The notes: generated from the sequence alone by a model not told the origin. Counted from the stretch's first letter, positions 24,697 to 35,156 are shown. The stretch: DNA of 64,000 bases from Candidatus Woesearchaeota archaeon (GCA_018696595.1 JABHQW010000008.1:268522-332521); one strand, 5' to 3'. Made by a program: numbers and translations.

Positions 24697-25662
24697 ATGG
24701 GAAAACCACATAATCCAAGACGAGGAAGTATGCAATTTTGGCCTAGAAAAAGGTCTAGACACTCTTTAGCTAGAATTAGATCTTGGGCTGAAGAAGGCAA
24801 AACTAAACCTCTGGGTTTTATTGGTTATAAAGCAGGAATGACTCATTTGTTGGTTAATGACAACCGGCCGAAATCGTCCACAAAAGGAGAAAAGATTTCT
24901 ATGCCTGTAACTGTTATTGAATGCCCACCAATGATTATGATTGGAGTTTCTTTCTACAAAAAATCTTTATTTGGAGTTCAAAAATCAACTTCTGTTTTGG
25001 CTACAAAAATACCTAAAGAAGTTTCCAGAAAAATTCAATTACCTAAAAAAATCACTAAAAAATTCGACGAAATCAAAGAATTTGACGATTTACGATTATT
25101 ATTTGTATCCACTCCAAATTTAACTGGAACCGGAACGAAGAAACCCAAATTATTAGAAATTGCTTTAGGCGGTTCTAATGAAGACAAATTAGCTTTTGCT
25201 AAAGAGAATCTTGGTAAGGAAGTTAAAGTTGCAGATGTTTTTGACAGCGGTAAACAAGTAGATGTTCATGGAATTACTAAGGGAAAAGGTTTCCAAGGAA
25301 CTGTTAAAAGATTTGGTGTTCCTATTAGACAACACAAATCCGAGAAAACTAAACGAGGAATTGGTAACTTGGGAGCTTGGACACCTAAAAGAGTTGACTT
25401 TAGAGTGCCTCAACCAGGTAAAATGGGATTCCACCTAAGAACCGAATATAATAAACAAATCATTAAAGTTGATAATAATGCAGCGGAAGTTAATCCTACT
25501 GGTGGATTTCAACAATATGGCTTAATCAAAAATGACTATCTATTATTAAAGGGATCTGTATCAGGTCCTAGGAAAGGTGCAATTGTATTAACAGCATCAA
25601 TCCGTGCAAACAAAAAAATAACTAAAGAAGCACCAGGAGTTGCTTACATCCATAAAAAATGA
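24697..25662 (+). CDS. rpl3: Ribosomal protein uL3
   Basis: MGKPHNPRRGSMQFWPRKRS and conserved L3 core. Confidence 0.95.
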   Translation: MGKPHNPRRGSMQFWPRKRSRHSLARIRSWAEEGKTKPLGFIGYKAGMTHLLVNDNRPKSSTKGEKISMPVTVIECPPMIMIGVSFYKKSLFGVQKSTSVLATKIPKEVSRKIQLPKKITKKFDEIKEFDDLRLLFVSTPNLTGTGTKKPKLLEIALGGSNEDKLAFAKENLGKEVKVADVFDSGKQVDVHGITKGKGFQGTVKRFGVPIRQHKSEKTKRGIGNLGAWTPKRVDFRVPQPGKMGFHLRTEYNKQIIKVDNNAAEVNPTGGFQQYGLIKNDYLLLKGSVSGPRKGAIVLTASIRANKKITKEAPGVAYIHKK

Positions 25663-26465
25663 AAATACCAATCTTAAGTCTGGATCAGAAAAAAACAAGT
25701 GAGAAAGAATTACCTAATCAGTTCTCCGAATCTTATCGTCCAGATCTAATTAAAAGAGCAGTTCACGCTTTACAATCAGCGGCTAGACAAGCTTACGGAG
25801 CTAAACCTGACGCAGGTATGAGACATTCTTCTGATTTAAGTAAAAGAAGAAGAAAATATCGGGGCTGTTACGGATTTGGAATCAGTAGAGTTAATCGAAA
25901 GATCTTAAGCCGAAGAGGAACTCGAATGCATTGGGTTGGAACATTTTCCCCACAAACTGTTGGTGGAAGAAGATCTCACCCTCCTAAAGCTGATAAGATT
26001 TTTGAAAAAGATATTAATAAAAAAGAAAACAGAAAAGCAATTCGATCAGCAATCGCTGCTACAATTGATAAAGAGCTTGTTCAAGGACGAGGTCATAAAG
26101 TACCTGAAAGTTATCCATTCATTATTGATTCATCTCTAGAAAAAACAGACAAAACCAAAGATGTTCAAACAATCTTGTTAAATCTTGGTTTTAAAGATGA
26201 ATTATCTCGATCATTAATTAAAAAAGTAAGAGCAGGACTTGGAAAAGTTCGAGGAAGAAAATATCAAAGAAAGAAAGGAATCTTGATTGTTGTAGGGGAA
26301 GATTGTTCTTTACTAAAGGCTGCTAATAATATATCTGGAATAGATGTAGTTAAGGTTAATGCTTTGAATGCAGAATTATTAGCTCCTGGGGCAATGCCTG
26401 GAAGAGTAACTTTATGGACTGAAAACGCAATCAATATCTTAGAAAAAGATAAACTATTCAACTAA
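25659..26465 (+). CDS. rpl4: Ribosomal protein uL4
   Basis: Archaeal L4/L1e blocks. Position after L3. Confidence 0.9.
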   Translation: MKIPILSLDQKKTSEKELPNQFSESYRPDLIKRAVHALQSAARQAYGAKPDAGMRHSSDLSKRRRKYRGCYGFGISRVNRKILSRRGTRMHWVGTFSPQTVGGRRSHPPKADKIFEKDINKKENRKAIRSAIAATIDKELVQGRGHKVPESYPFIIDSSLEKTDKTKDVQTILLNLGFKDELSRSLIKKVRAGLGKVRGRKYQRKKGILIVVGEDCSLLKAANNISGIDVVKVNALNAELLAPGAMPGRVTLWTENAINILEKDKLFN

Positions 26466-26485
26466 TCAAATAAATTCAAACAAAA

Positions 26486-26818
26486 ATGGCAAAAAAAACC
26501 GAAATCAAAGGAACTGAAACTCAAGAAGTGAAGGAGAATGTTAAGGCAGTTAAAGACTTTAACCCTCATGAGATTATCAAATATCCTTTATCTACTGAAA
26601 GAAGTATTCGTCAAATTGAGTTTGAAAATAGATTATCTTTTGTTGTTCATTCAAGAGCAACTAAAGGAGATATTAAAAGAGCGGTTGAAGAATTGTTCAA
26701 AGTAAGAGTTGTTAAAATTAATGTTCAAAATTCATTCACTGGGGAAAAGAAAGCTTACGTTAAACTAGGGCCAGAAAGTGTGGCTGCTGATGTAAGTGCA
26801 GACTTAGGATTAATTTAG
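26486..26818 (+). CDS. rpl23: Ribosomal protein uL23
   Basis: KGDIKRAVEELFKVRVVKINV is L23-like. Operon position. Confidence 0.9.
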   Translation: MAKKTEIKGTETQEVKENVKAVKDFNPHEIIKYPLSTERSIRQIEFENRLSFVVHSRATKGDIKRAVEELFKVRVVKINVQNSFTGEKKAYVKLGPESVAADVSADLGLI

Positions 26819-26826
26819 GTATAAAA

Positions 26827-27528
26827 ATGGGTAAACGAATCATACAACAAAGGCGAGGAAGAGGAACTGGCGCATATCGTGCACCTAGTTTTAATTACCA
26901 AGGTAAAGTTGTCCATAATAATTTAGACACTTCCGGTACTGTTGTAGATATTATTCATTGTGCTGGTCATAGTGCTCCATTAATAGAAGTACAATATTTG
27001 ACTGGAAATAAAAGTTTAGCCTTTGCTCCTGAAAAAATTAAAGTTGGAGATTCAATTATTGTTGGTGGCGAAGAAATTAAGTCTGGAAACGTATTACGAT
27101 TAAAAAATGTTCCCGAAGGAACTTTAGTTCATAATTTAGAATTAAGACCTGGAGACGGTGGAAAATTAGTTCGAGCAAGTGGAAGTTTTGCTAAAGTTGT
27201 AGCAAAGACTGAAAAAGCTATCAGAGTTAAATTACCTTCAAATAAAGAAAAATTATTTTTACCTGAATGTCGAGCATCTATTGGAATTATTGCTGGTGGT
27301 GGAAGATTAGAAAAACCTTTAATGAAAGCAGGAAACAGATTCCATAAAATGAAGGCAAGAAACAAATTATATCCGAAAGTATGCGGAATCTCTATGAATG
27401 CGGTGGACCATCCATTTGGTGGATGTCACAGTACTCATAAAGGAAGACCTACTTTATCTCCAAGAAGCGCACCACCTGGAAGAAAGGTTGGTAAGATTGC
27501 TCCTAGAAGAACAGGTAGGAGAAAATAA
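26827..27528 (+). CDS. rpl2: Ribosomal protein uL2
   Basis: L2 core with SAPLIEVQY, GGGRLEKPLMKAGN and HKGRP. Confidence 0.95.
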   Translation: MGKRIIQQRRGRGTGAYRAPSFNYQGKVVHNNLDTSGTVVDIIHCAGHSAPLIEVQYLTGNKSLAFAPEKIKVGDSIIVGGEEIKSGNVLRLKNVPEGTLVHNLELRPGDGGKLVRASGSFAKVVAKTEKAIRVKLPSNKEKLFLPECRASIGIIAGGGRLEKPLMKAGNRFHKMKARNKLYPKVCGISMNAVDHPFGGCHSTHKGRPTLSPRSAPPGRKVGKIAPRRTGRRK

Positions 27529-27573
27529 AATAAAAATAAAATAATATTAAAATATAAACTAAAAAAATAAAAA

Positions 27574-27954
27574 ATGGCAAAAGAATTAACTTGGCACGGA
27601 AAAAGTGAACAGGAAGTAAAGGAAATGGACATTAAGGAGTTCATGAAAGTAATTCCTACTAGACAAAGAAGATCTTTGAAAAGAGGATTTACTGACGCAC
27701 AAAAAGCTTTAATGAAACTTATTGAAGCTGATAGTCAGAATATTAAAACCCATTGCCGAGATTTGGTAATTATGCCAATCATGTTAGGAAAAATGATTAA
27801 AGTGTATAATGGAAAAGACTTTTTCCCGGTTACAGTTACATTAGAAATGTTAGGACATTATTTGGGGGAATTTTCACAAACCCGAAAGAGTGTAACTCAT
27901 AGTTCGGCTGGAGTTGGAGCAACAAGATCAAGTAAAGCTGTTTCAGCAAGATAA
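27574..27954 (+). CDS. rps19: Ribosomal protein uS19
   Basis: GKMIKVYNGKDFFPVTVTLEMLGHYLGEFSQTRK is the S19 signature. Confidence 0.9.
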   Translation: MAKELTWHGKSEQEVKEMDIKEFMKVIPTRQRRSLKRGFTDAQKALMKLIEADSQNIKTHCRDLVIMPIMLGKMIKVYNGKDFFPVTVTLEMLGHYLGEFSQTRKSVTHSSAGVGATRSSKAVSAR

Positions 27955-27977
27955 ATATAAAAAATAAAGATACAAAA

Positions 27978-28640
27978 ATGACACAAAAAACAAAAGTAGA
28001 AAAAAGTGAACACGTTGCTCGGGCTAAAGTAATTAGTGCGTCAATCTCTACTAAGCATTGTGTTGAAATTTGTAAATTTTTACGATACAAAAATACTGAT
28101 TTTGCTAAAGATTACTTAGAAAGTGTAATTGATTTGAAAAAACCAATTCCTTTCAAGAAGTTCAATAAAGATACTGGACATAAAGCAGGAATGGCTGCGG
28201 GAAGATTCCCTCAGAAAGCTGCTAAAGAGTTTTTGAAATTAATTAAGTCTGCTGAAGCTAATGCTCAGTTTAAAGGATTAAATACATCTGGATTAAAAAT
28301 CACTAAAATTTTAGCTAATAAGGCATCAATTCCGGCTACTGGCGGTCGACATAGAAGAGGAACAAAAAGATCTCATGTAGAAATGGAAGTTGAAGAAGTT
28401 GCTGTTAAAAAGAAGGAAGTTAAAAAGAAATCTTCAAAACCTGTTGCGAAGGAAGTAAAAGAAGAGAAGCAACCAGAAACTAAAGTAGAAGAGAAAGTTG
28501 CGGAAGTTAAAACTGAAGAAGTAGCAAAAGTTGAAGAAAAAGTTGAACTACCTAAAGAAGAAATTAAAGAAACTAATAATCAAGAAAATCAAGAAGCAAC
28601 TAAAGAAGCTGAAAAAGAAGTTGAGGAACAAAAAAAATGA
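27978..28640 (+). CDS. rpl22: Ribosomal protein uL22 with a K/E-rich C-terminal extension
   Basis: L22 core AKVISASISTKHCVEICKFL. Approximately 80-aa KEE tail. Confidence 0.9.
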   Translation: MTQKTKVEKSEHVARAKVISASISTKHCVEICKFLRYKNTDFAKDYLESVIDLKKPIPFKKFNKDTGHKAGMAAGRFPQKAAKEFLKLIKSAEANAQFKGLNTSGLKITKILANKASIPATGGRHRRGTKRSHVEMEVEEVAVKKKEVKKKSSKPVAKEVKEEKQPETKVEEKVAEVKTEEVAKVEEKVELPKEEIKETNNQENQEATKEAEKEVEEQKK

Positions 28641-29575
28641 TTGAGAGAGAATTCATCGCCCAAAAGACGAAAGAGTACTACATCAAGAAGCATATTGAGT
28701 CTAAGTTAGACAAAGTTGGAATTTCCTCAATCAAATTAAAAAAGATTCCTTTGGGAGAAAAGATTATTATTGAAACTAGTAGGCCTAGTTTAATTGTTGG
28801 ATCTAAAGGTTCTAACATCAGAGAACTTACTAAAACATTAAAGAAACAATTCAAATTAGAAAATCCACAAATTGAAATTAATGAAGTAAAAGACATTTTC
28901 CTTGACCCTCATATTGTTGCAGAAAGAATCTCTTCATCTTTAGAAAGATTTGGAGCAGCAAGATTCAAAGGTGTTGGTCATAAAACTATGGAGAATGTAA
29001 TGAACGCTGGCGCATTAGGTGTTGAAATAATTATTTCCGGAAAAATTCCAAGTTCTAGGGCAAAGAATTGGAGATTTTATTTAGGTTACTTAAAAAAGTG
29101 CGGAGACATTGCTATTCACGGAGTAAAGAGGGCACAAACTGTTGCTTTATTGAAAAGTGGAATTATTGGAATTAAGGTTGCAATTATGCCTTCCGATTTA
29201 GTATTACCTGATCATATTGAAATCTTAGACGAACCTCAACAAATTGTTGAAGAAACAGAAGTTGAGAAAAAACCAGCTAAGAAGAAAGCTACAAAGAAAA
29301 AAACTGCTACTAAAAAGAAACCAGCTAAGAAAAAAGAAGCTAAGGTTGAAGAAGTTGCAAAAGTAGAAGAGAAAGTTGAAGAAAAAACTGAAGCGGTTGC
29401 AACTAAAGAAGTTAAAGAACCTGTTGTTGAAGAAACAGAAACAAAAACAAAAGAAGAAGTTACTGAAAAAACTCCTAATCAAGAAACCGTTCCTGAAGAA
29501 TCTGAGAAGAAAGAAACAGAACAAAAAGAAGAAACTAAAGAAGAAACTAAAGAAGAGGAACCTAAGCAAGAATGA
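28637..29575 (+). CDS. rps3: Ribosomal protein uS3 with a long K/E-rich C-terminal tail
   Basis: KH domain LIVGSKGSNIRELTK. S3 C-domain. Approximately 110-aa tail. Confidence 0.9.
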   Translation: MIEREFIAQKTKEYYIKKHIESKLDKVGISSIKLKKIPLGEKIIIETSRPSLIVGSKGSNIRELTKTLKKQFKLENPQIEINEVKDIFLDPHIVAERISSSLERFGAARFKGVGHKTMENVMNAGALGVEIIISGKIPSSRAKNWRFYLGYLKKCGDIAIHGVKRAQTVALLKSGIIGIKVAIMPSDLVLPDHIEILDEPQQIVEETEVEKKPAKKKATKKKTATKKKPAKKKEAKVEEVAKVEEKVEEKTEAVATKEVKEPVVEETETKTKEEVTEKTPNQETVPEESEKKETEQKEETKEETKEEEPKQE

Positions 29576-29775
29576 AAATCACTAAAGAATTAAGGGAATT
29601 ATCTCCTGAAGAACTGAACACAAGAATGGCTGAGTTTAGAACAGAATTACTTAAGTTAAGTGTTGAAGTTGCTAGTGGAGCAAACCCTTCCAGTCCTGGA
29701 AAGATCAAGCAAGTGAAAAAGAATGTTGCAAGAATATTAACCTTACTCAAAGAGAAAGAGAAGGGGGTTAACTAA
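29572..29775 (+). CDS. rpl29: Ribosomal protein uL29
   Basis: LRELSPEELNTRMAEFRTELLKL is an L29 motif. Confidence 0.9.
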   Translation: MKITKELRELSPEELNTRMAEFRTELLKLSVEVASGANPSSPGKIKQVKKNVARILTLLKEKEKGVN

Positions 29776-29781
29776 AAAAAT

Positions 29782-30087
29782 ATGGTAGGTGTATGTAATC
29801 AATGTGGGCTACCACAAGACCTTTGCGTTTGTGAAACAATCGCACGGGAACAACAAAAAATCAAAGTGTTTATCGAGAAAAGAAAATTTGGCAAGAAGTA
29901 TACCATCATCACTGGGGTTGGCAAGGAAGCTAACATTGATGAAATACTTAAAACCTTAAAAACCAAGTTTGCTTGTGGCGGGACTGCTAAAAACGGTCAA
30001 ATGGAACTACAAGGCAACCACAAGTTGAGAATCAAACAAACTTTAGTGGATCTGGGTTTTGCTGAAGAAACAATCGAGATTGCTTAA
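29782..30087 (+). CDS. Translation initiation factor SUI1 (aSUI1/eIF1)
   Basis: SUI1 fold motifs KRKFGKKYTIITGV...FACGGT. Expected position in the archaeal cluster. Confidence 0.85.
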   Translation: MVGVCNQCGLPQDLCVCETIAREQQKIKVFIEKRKFGKKYTIITGVGKEANIDEILKTLKTKFACGGTAKNGQMELQGNHKLRIKQTLVDLGFAEETIEIA

Positions 30088-30091
30088 TCAG

Positions 30092-30343
30092 ATGAAAAAA
30101 ACAATTTATCCTAACGAACTGGTTGGGGAAGAAATTGAAATCATTGAAGCAAAAAACACTTACAACTTATCAATCAAAGGCAAGGTTGTTGACGAAACAA
30201 AAACAACTTTGAAAGTTGAACAAAACGGTAAGTTTAAAACGTTATTGAAAAATAACATCACAATCAAGTTGATCAAGTCTGGAAAAATCATCTCCGGGCA
30301 AGAGATTGCTAAGCGACCAGAAGAACGGTTGAAAGGCAGATAA
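30092..30343 (+). CDS. rnp1: RNase P protein subunit Rpp29 (Pop4)
   Basis: ELVGEEIEIIEAKNTYNLSIKGKVVDETKTTL matches the Rpp29 Sm-like core. Start moved to the ATG after the SUI1 stop. Confidence 0.75.
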   Translation: MKKTIYPNELVGEEIEIIEAKNTYNLSIKGKVVDETKTTLKVEQNGKFKTLLKNNITIKLIKSGKIISGQEIAKRPEERLKGR

Positions 30344-30369
30344 AAACAATCAAAAAACTGAAACGAAAA

Positions 30370-30717
30370 ATGAAAAAAGAAATACTTGGTGCAAAAGCAC
30401 CTGGAAAGGAATGTACTGACCAAAAATGTCCATTTCATGGGCAGATTAATGTAAAGAATGAACTATTCAAAGGAACAGTTGTTAAGAAAGACATTAATCA
30501 CTCTGCTACAATTGAATGGAGTAGACAACATTATGTTCCTAAATTTGAAAGATATGAAGTTAGGCGTAGTAGAATGAGAGTTCATAACCCTGCTTGTATC
30601 GATGCAAATATTGGTCAAACCGTTTTAGTTGCCAAAACTCGACCAATCAGTAAGACAAAAAATCATGTTATTATCAAAATCATTGAAGCTGAAGAATCTA
30701 AGGGGACTAAGAAATAA
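30370..30717 (+). CDS. rps17: Ribosomal protein uS17
   Basis: S17 OB-fold motifs. Position. Confidence 0.9.
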   Translation: MKKEILGAKAPGKECTDQKCPFHGQINVKNELFKGTVVKKDINHSATIEWSRQHYVPKFERYEVRRSRMRVHNPACIDANIGQTVLVAKTRPISKTKNHVIIKIIEAEESKGTKK

Positions 30718-30719
30718 AA

Positions 30720-31121
30720 ATGAAAGCACTAAGCAGTAAAATAACAAAAGCACTACCTTCACAATGTCAATTAGGTACTTGTGATAACTCTGGTGCTAAG
30801 TTAATAAAAATAATTGCAGTAAAAGGACATAAGACTGTTAAAGGTAGAATTCCTGCTGCTGGTGTTGGCGATTTAGTTTTTGCTTCAGTTAAGAAAGGAA
30901 AATTAGAAATGAGAAAAACTGTTGTTCCTGCGGTAATTGTTAGACAAAAGAAAGAATACCGAAGAGCTGACGGAACTCGAATTAAATTTGAAGATAATGC
31001 AGCAGTTGTGTTAAAAGATCTTAAAGGAAACCCAAAGGGAACAATCTTTAAAGGTCCAATTGCTAAAGAAGCGGCAGAAAGATGGCCAGCAGTAGCTAAA
31101 GTGGCTAAAATAATTGTTTAA
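30720..31121 (+). CDS. rpl14: Ribosomal protein uL14
   Basis: CDNSGAKLIKII...GVGDLV is L14-like. Confidence 0.9.
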   Translation: MKALSSKITKALPSQCQLGTCDNSGAKLIKIIAVKGHKTVKGRIPAAGVGDLVFASVKKGKLEMRKTVVPAVIVRQKKEYRRADGTRIKFEDNAAVVLKDLKGNPKGTIFKGPIAKEAAERWPAVAKVAKIIV

Positions 31122-31130
31122 GGTTAAAAA

Positions 31131-31586
31131 ATGGTAAAAACAAGTTTTGCAAAAACATGGAATAAAAGTACTCAACCTAGAAAGCAACGTAAGTATAGGT
31201 ATAATGCTCCATTACATGTTAAACAAAAAATGGTACATGTTCATTTATCTACAGAATTAAGAAAGAAGTACAGTTTCAGAAATGTACAACTTAAAGCTGG
31301 AGATAAAATTAAAGTTTTACGTGGTAAGTTTGCTAAGAAAGAAGGTAAAGTGGACAAAATCAGTTTAAAAAATGAAAAAGTTTACGTGGCTGGTATTGAA
31401 ACTATCAAGAAGGAAGGAACAAAATTACCTATTGCATTAAATGCAACCAACTTAATGATTATTGAATTAGACTTGAGTGATAAAAAAAGAAAACAGAAAT
31501 TAGAAAGCAAAGGTAAGACTGAACCTAAAGCTGAAGTTAAATCTGAATCAAAAAAAGTAGAATCAAAAGTAGAGGAAAAGAAATAA
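31131..31586 (+). CDS. rpl24: Ribosomal protein uL24 (KOW) with a K-rich tail
   Basis: KOW GDKIKVLRGKFAKKEGKV. Confidence 0.9.
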   Translation: MVKTSFAKTWNKSTQPRKQRKYRYNAPLHVKQKMVHVHLSTELRKKYSFRNVQLKAGDKIKVLRGKFAKKEGKVDKISLKNEKVYVAGIETIKKEGTKLPIALNATNLMIIELDLSDKKRKQKLESKGKTEPKAEVKSESKKVESKVEEKK

Positions 31587-31587
31587 A

Positions 31588-32274
31588 ATGAAAAATCACT
31601 TGAAAAGAATCGCATCCCCTCATACCTGGGTTATTGATCGGAAAAGTTCCGTTTTTATTACTAGGCCTAAACCTGGAGCTCATAAAATGGGTAGTGGTTT
31701 ACCACTTGGTGTTATTTTAAGAGACTTTTTAGGATTATCTACTACTATGAATGAATCAAAGAAAGTGCTTAACAATAATGATATCTTAGTTGATGGAAAA
31801 AGAAGAAAAGATTATCGTTACATTGTTGGTTTATTTGATGTGATTACTATTCCAATTCAAAAGAAATCTTTCAGATTAATGTTTAATAAGAAAAAACAAA
31901 TTGTTATCAACGAAATTAGTGATACAGAAAGTTTAATTAAACCTTGTAAAGTTGTAGGTAAGACCATCTTAACAAAAGGAAAGATACAATTAAACTTACA
32001 TGATGGTAAGAATATCATTAGTGATACTAAAGTTAAAGTTGGGGATACCTTATTATTATCATTACCAAAATTAGAAGTTAAAGAAGTGTTACCTCTTGAA
32101 AAAGAAAGTACAGTTTACTTAATTGATGGAAAACATTGCGGTGATGTTGGATTATTCAAAGAAATTAGAAAAGAAGAAGCAATTTATACTAAAGATAAAA
32201 AAGATATCGAAACTGCAAAAGAATATTTATTTGTAGTGGGCAAAAAAAAATCAATGATTGAAATTAAAAATTAA
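31588..32274 (+). CDS. rps4e: Ribosomal protein eS4
   Basis: MKNHLKRIASPHTWVIDRKSSVFITRPKPGAH is S4e-like. Confidence 0.9.
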   Translation: MKNHLKRIASPHTWVIDRKSSVFITRPKPGAHKMGSGLPLGVILRDFLGLSTTMNESKKVLNNNDILVDGKRRKDYRYIVGLFDVITIPIQKKSFRLMFNKKKQIVINEISDTESLIKPCKVVGKTILTKGKIQLNLHDGKNIISDTKVKVGDTLLLSLPKLEVKEVLPLEKESTVYLIDGKHCGDVGLFKEIRKEEAIYTKDKKDIETAKEYLFVVGKKKSMIEIKN

Positions 32275-32282
32275 CTGAAAAA

Positions 32283-32798
32283 ATGGAAAAAAACAATAAC
32301 CCAATGATGGAAATTAGAATTAGCAAAGTTACCTTAAATATTGGTGCAGGTAAGAACGAAGATTTGCTAAAGAAAGGTATTGTTTTACTGAAAAAGTTAT
32401 CACCTTTAACTCCTGTTAAAACTTTTACTCAGAAAAGAATTCCTGGTTGGGGATTAAGACCTGGCTTAGCAATTGGTTGTAAAGTAACTGTTCGTAAAAA
32501 CACTGAAGAATTACTTAAAAGATTGTTAGTGGCTAAAGAAAATATATTAAAAGAAAAATGTTTTGATAATAATGGAAACTTTTCTTTTGGAGTTCCCGAA
32601 TATATTGATATTGAAGGATTAGAATACGACCCAGATTTAAAGATTCTGGGCTTAGAAGCAGCAGTAACTTTGGAAAGACCAGGATTTAGAATTAAGAAAA
32701 GAAAAATTTCCAATAAAGCAGTTGGTAAAGATCATTTAATCACTAAAGAAGAAGCAATCGAGTTTGTGAAGAGCAAACTTGGTGTGGAGGTTGAGTAA
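32283..32798 (+). CDS. rpl5: Ribosomal protein uL5
   Basis: L5 blocks. Position. Confidence 0.9.
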   Translation: MEKNNNPMMEIRISKVTLNIGAGKNEDLLKKGIVLLKKLSPLTPVKTFTQKRIPGWGLRPGLAIGCKVTVRKNTEELLKRLLVAKENILKEKCFDNNGNFSFGVPEYIDIEGLEYDPDLKILGLEAAVTLERPGFRIKKRKISNKAVGKDHLITKEEAIEFVKSKLGVEVE

Positions 32799-32803
32799 AC
32801 AAA

Positions 32804-33034
32804 ATGACTACTAGTGACTATAAAAAAGCATTCAAACAACTGAACGCTAAACCAATTAAAAAATTAAAGTATATCAAGTTTAATCAACCTAAAGAGCGAT
32901 CTTGTGGAAGAGCTTTGAGAAAATGTCGGAACTGTGGCCGGAATGGTGGCCATATTAACAAATATGGTTTACATTTGTGTCGACAATGTTTCCGAGAAAT
33001 GGCTTTAGGATTAGGTTTCAAAAAATACAGTTAA
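32804..33034 (+). CDS. rps14: Ribosomal protein uS14 (zinc-binding type)
   Basis: [25 protein letters not shown]. Confidence 0.85.
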   Translation: MTTSDYKKAFKQLNAKPIKKLKYIKFNQPKERSCGRALRKCRNCGRNGGHINKYGLHLCRQCFREMALGLGFKKYS

Positions 33035-33057
33035 GAATAAGAGGATAAATTAAGAAA

Positions 33058-33447
33058 ATGTTAAACGACCCATTGGCAGCAACGTTAGCGAAAATAATGA
33101 ACGCAGAGAAAGTAGGAAAGAAGAATGTAGTTGTTAAACCGGCCTCTAAGATAATTAAAAAGATCTTGGCAATGATGAACGAGAATAATTACACTGGCGA
33201 AGCTACAGAAATTACTTCAGAGCGAGGTGGAGAACTGAATGTTAACCTATTAGGCAACCTTAATGGTTGTGGTGTAATCAAACCAAGATTTTCAACTAAA
33301 CAAAATGGATTTGAGAAATGGGAGAAACGTTACTTACCAGCTAATAACTTTGGATTACTTTTTGTTTCAACCCCAAAAGGAATCATGACTCAAGATCAAG
33401 CTAAAGAGAAAAAGATGGGCGGAAAACTATTAGCCTATTGTTATTAA
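33058..33447 (+). CDS. rps8: Ribosomal protein uS8
   Basis: MLNDPLAATLAKIMNAEKVGKK is S8-like. Confidence 0.9.
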   Translation: MLNDPLAATLAKIMNAEKVGKKNVVVKPASKIIKKILAMMNENNYTGEATEITSERGGELNVNLLGNLNGCGVIKPRFSTKQNGFEKWEKRYLPANNFGLLFVSTPKGIMTQDQAKEKKMGGKLLAYCY

Positions 33448-33469
33448 TCATACTAAACAGAAAACAAAA

Positions 33470-34015
33470 ATGAAAGCAGACTTAAAAAAAGAAATTGAAC
33501 TTCCTGACGGAGTGACTGTACAGTTGAATGGGGCAGTTTTAACTATAAAAGGAGCTAAAGGAGAAGTTAATAGGGATTTTATTCATCCTAAAGCAAATAT
33601 TTTAGTTGAACAAAATAAAATTGTTTTGTCTGCTTTGAAAGCAACTAAAAGAGAAAAAACATTATTAGGAACAATGGTCTCTCATATTAAGAATATGATT
33701 ACTGGTGTACAAGAACCTTTTACTTACAAAGTTAAAATTTGTTCTGGTCACTTTCCAATGAATGTAAGTGTTTCAGGTAAAGATTTAGTTGTTAAAAACT
33801 TTTTGGGAGAAAGTGTCCCTAGAAAAGTTGAATTAATTGAAGGAACAAATGTTAAAGTTAACGGTGATGAGATTGTTATTGTTGGCGTAGATAAAGAAAA
33901 AGCTGGACAAATGGCAGCAAGAATTGAAAACCTATGTCGAATTACTAATCGTGATACTAGAATATTCCAAGATGGATGTTATATCACCCATAAAGCTGGA
34001 AAAGATTTAAACTAA
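33470..34015 (+). CDS. rpl6: Ribosomal protein uL6
   Basis: Two-domain L6 pattern. Position. Confidence 0.9.
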   Translation: MKADLKKEIELPDGVTVQLNGAVLTIKGAKGEVNRDFIHPKANILVEQNKIVLSALKATKREKTLLGTMVSHIKNMITGVQEPFTYKVKICSGHFPMNVSVSGKDLVVKNFLGESVPRKVELIEGTNVKVNGDEIVIVGVDKEKAGQMAARIENLCRITNRDTRIFQDGCYITHKAGKDLN

Positions 34016-34045
34016 ACATAATAAAGATATAATAAAGGCAATAAG

Positions 34046-34666
34046 ATGGAAACTAAAAAAATGTTAGAAGTACGGGAAAAAATTCGGAAAACTAGACCTA
34101 AATTCGTAGTTAAGGAATCTAAGTTTTCAGCGCGAGTAAAGAGTAGATGGCGTTTCCCTAGGGGTAAACATTCAAAAGTTAGACAAATGCATAAAGGAAG
34201 ACCATTATTAGTTAATGTTGGAAGTAGATCTCCTCGACTTGTAAGAGGATTAAACAAAGTGGGATTAGAAATTGTTGCTGTTAGTAATAAAAATGAATTG
34301 TTAAGTTTGAATAAAGAAAAACAATCTGCTTTGTTAACAAACATTGGTAATAAAAAAAGATTAGAATTATTAGAATTAGCTAAAGAAAACAAGATCCATT
34401 TATCTAATGTTAAAGATATTGAAAAAACTGTTGAGAAAATCAAATCTAGCTTCGATGCAAGAAAAAAGTTGAAATCAGACAAATCTCAGGCGAAGAATAA
34501 AAAAGAAACAGAAAAGAAGAAGAACGCTGAAGAGAAAAAGAAAAAGGAAGAAGAAGAGAAAATAAAAGCTGAAAAGAAATCTATCGAAGAAACTGTTGAA
34601 GATAAAAAGGAAAAGATTAAAGAAGAGAAGAAAGAGTCGGAAAAGACCATCATTAAAAAACAATAA
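34046..34666 (+). CDS. rpl32e: Ribosomal protein eL32 with a K/E-rich tail
   Basis: RPKFVVKESKFSARVKSRWRFPRGKHSKVR is L32e-like. Approximately 70-aa tail. Confidence 0.9.
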   Translation: METKKMLEVREKIRKTRPKFVVKESKFSARVKSRWRFPRGKHSKVRQMHKGRPLLVNVGSRSPRLVRGLNKVGLEIVAVSNKNELLSLNKEKQSALLTNIGNKKRLELLELAKENKIHLSNVKDIEKTVEKIKSSFDARKKLKSDKSQAKNKKETEKKKNAEEKKKKEEEEKIKAEKKSIEETVEDKKEKIKEEKKESEKTIIKKQ

Positions 34667-34699
34667 TCAAAAATATAATAACTAAACATAACGATAAAA

Positions 34700-35149
34700 A
34701 TGAAAAGCAAAAAAAGACTGGCTGGAGAAATCCTGAAAGTATCACCAAAGAAGATTAGTTTTGTAGCTGATGCTTTAGAAGATATTAAGAAAGCAATTAC
34801 TCGGTCAGATTTAAGAGGATTAATTGCTATTAAGAAGATTGTTAAAAGTAGAAAAAATCAACAATCTCGTGCAAGAGCAAGAAAAATAGCAACTCAGAAA
34901 AGAAAAGGTCGACAAAAGGGTCAAGGTAGCAAAAAAGGAGCTAAACATGCAACCGTAACCAAGAAAGAAAAATGGATGGCTAAAGTAAGAATTCAAAGAA
35001 GACTGTTAAAAGAATTAAGAGATAAGAAATTAATTTCAACCGGTAATTACCGATTACTTTATCGTAAAGTTAAAGGTGGTTTTTTTAGAAATAAGAGACA
35101 CATTAAACTTTATTTAACTGAATATCATTTGATTGAGGAAAAAAAATAA
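34700..35149 (+). CDS. rpl19e: Ribosomal protein eL19
   Basis: MKSKKRLAGEILKVSPKKISF...RKGRQKGQG is L19e-like. Confidence 0.9.
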   Translation: MKSKKRLAGEILKVSPKKISFVADALEDIKKAITRSDLRGLIAIKKIVKSRKNQQSRARARKIATQKRKGRQKGQGSKKGAKHATVTKKEKWMAKVRIQRRLLKELRDKKLISTGNYRLLYRKVKGGFFRNKRHIKLYLTEYHLIEEKK

Positions 35150-35156
35150 TTAAACA

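Noticed and set aside
24576-24800. Minus-strand 74-aa ORF overlapping the rpl3 start and leader
   Set aside because: It overlaps the highly conserved rpl3 5' end and has no support.
29225-29585. ORFs 29225-29569(-) and 29376-29585(+) inside the uS3 gene
   Set aside because: Antisense or out-of-frame low-complexity translations of the K/E-rich tail-coding region of rps3.
34475-34710. Minus-strand F/S-rich ORFs over the eL32 tail
   Set aside because: Antisense of the K/E tail of rpl32e.
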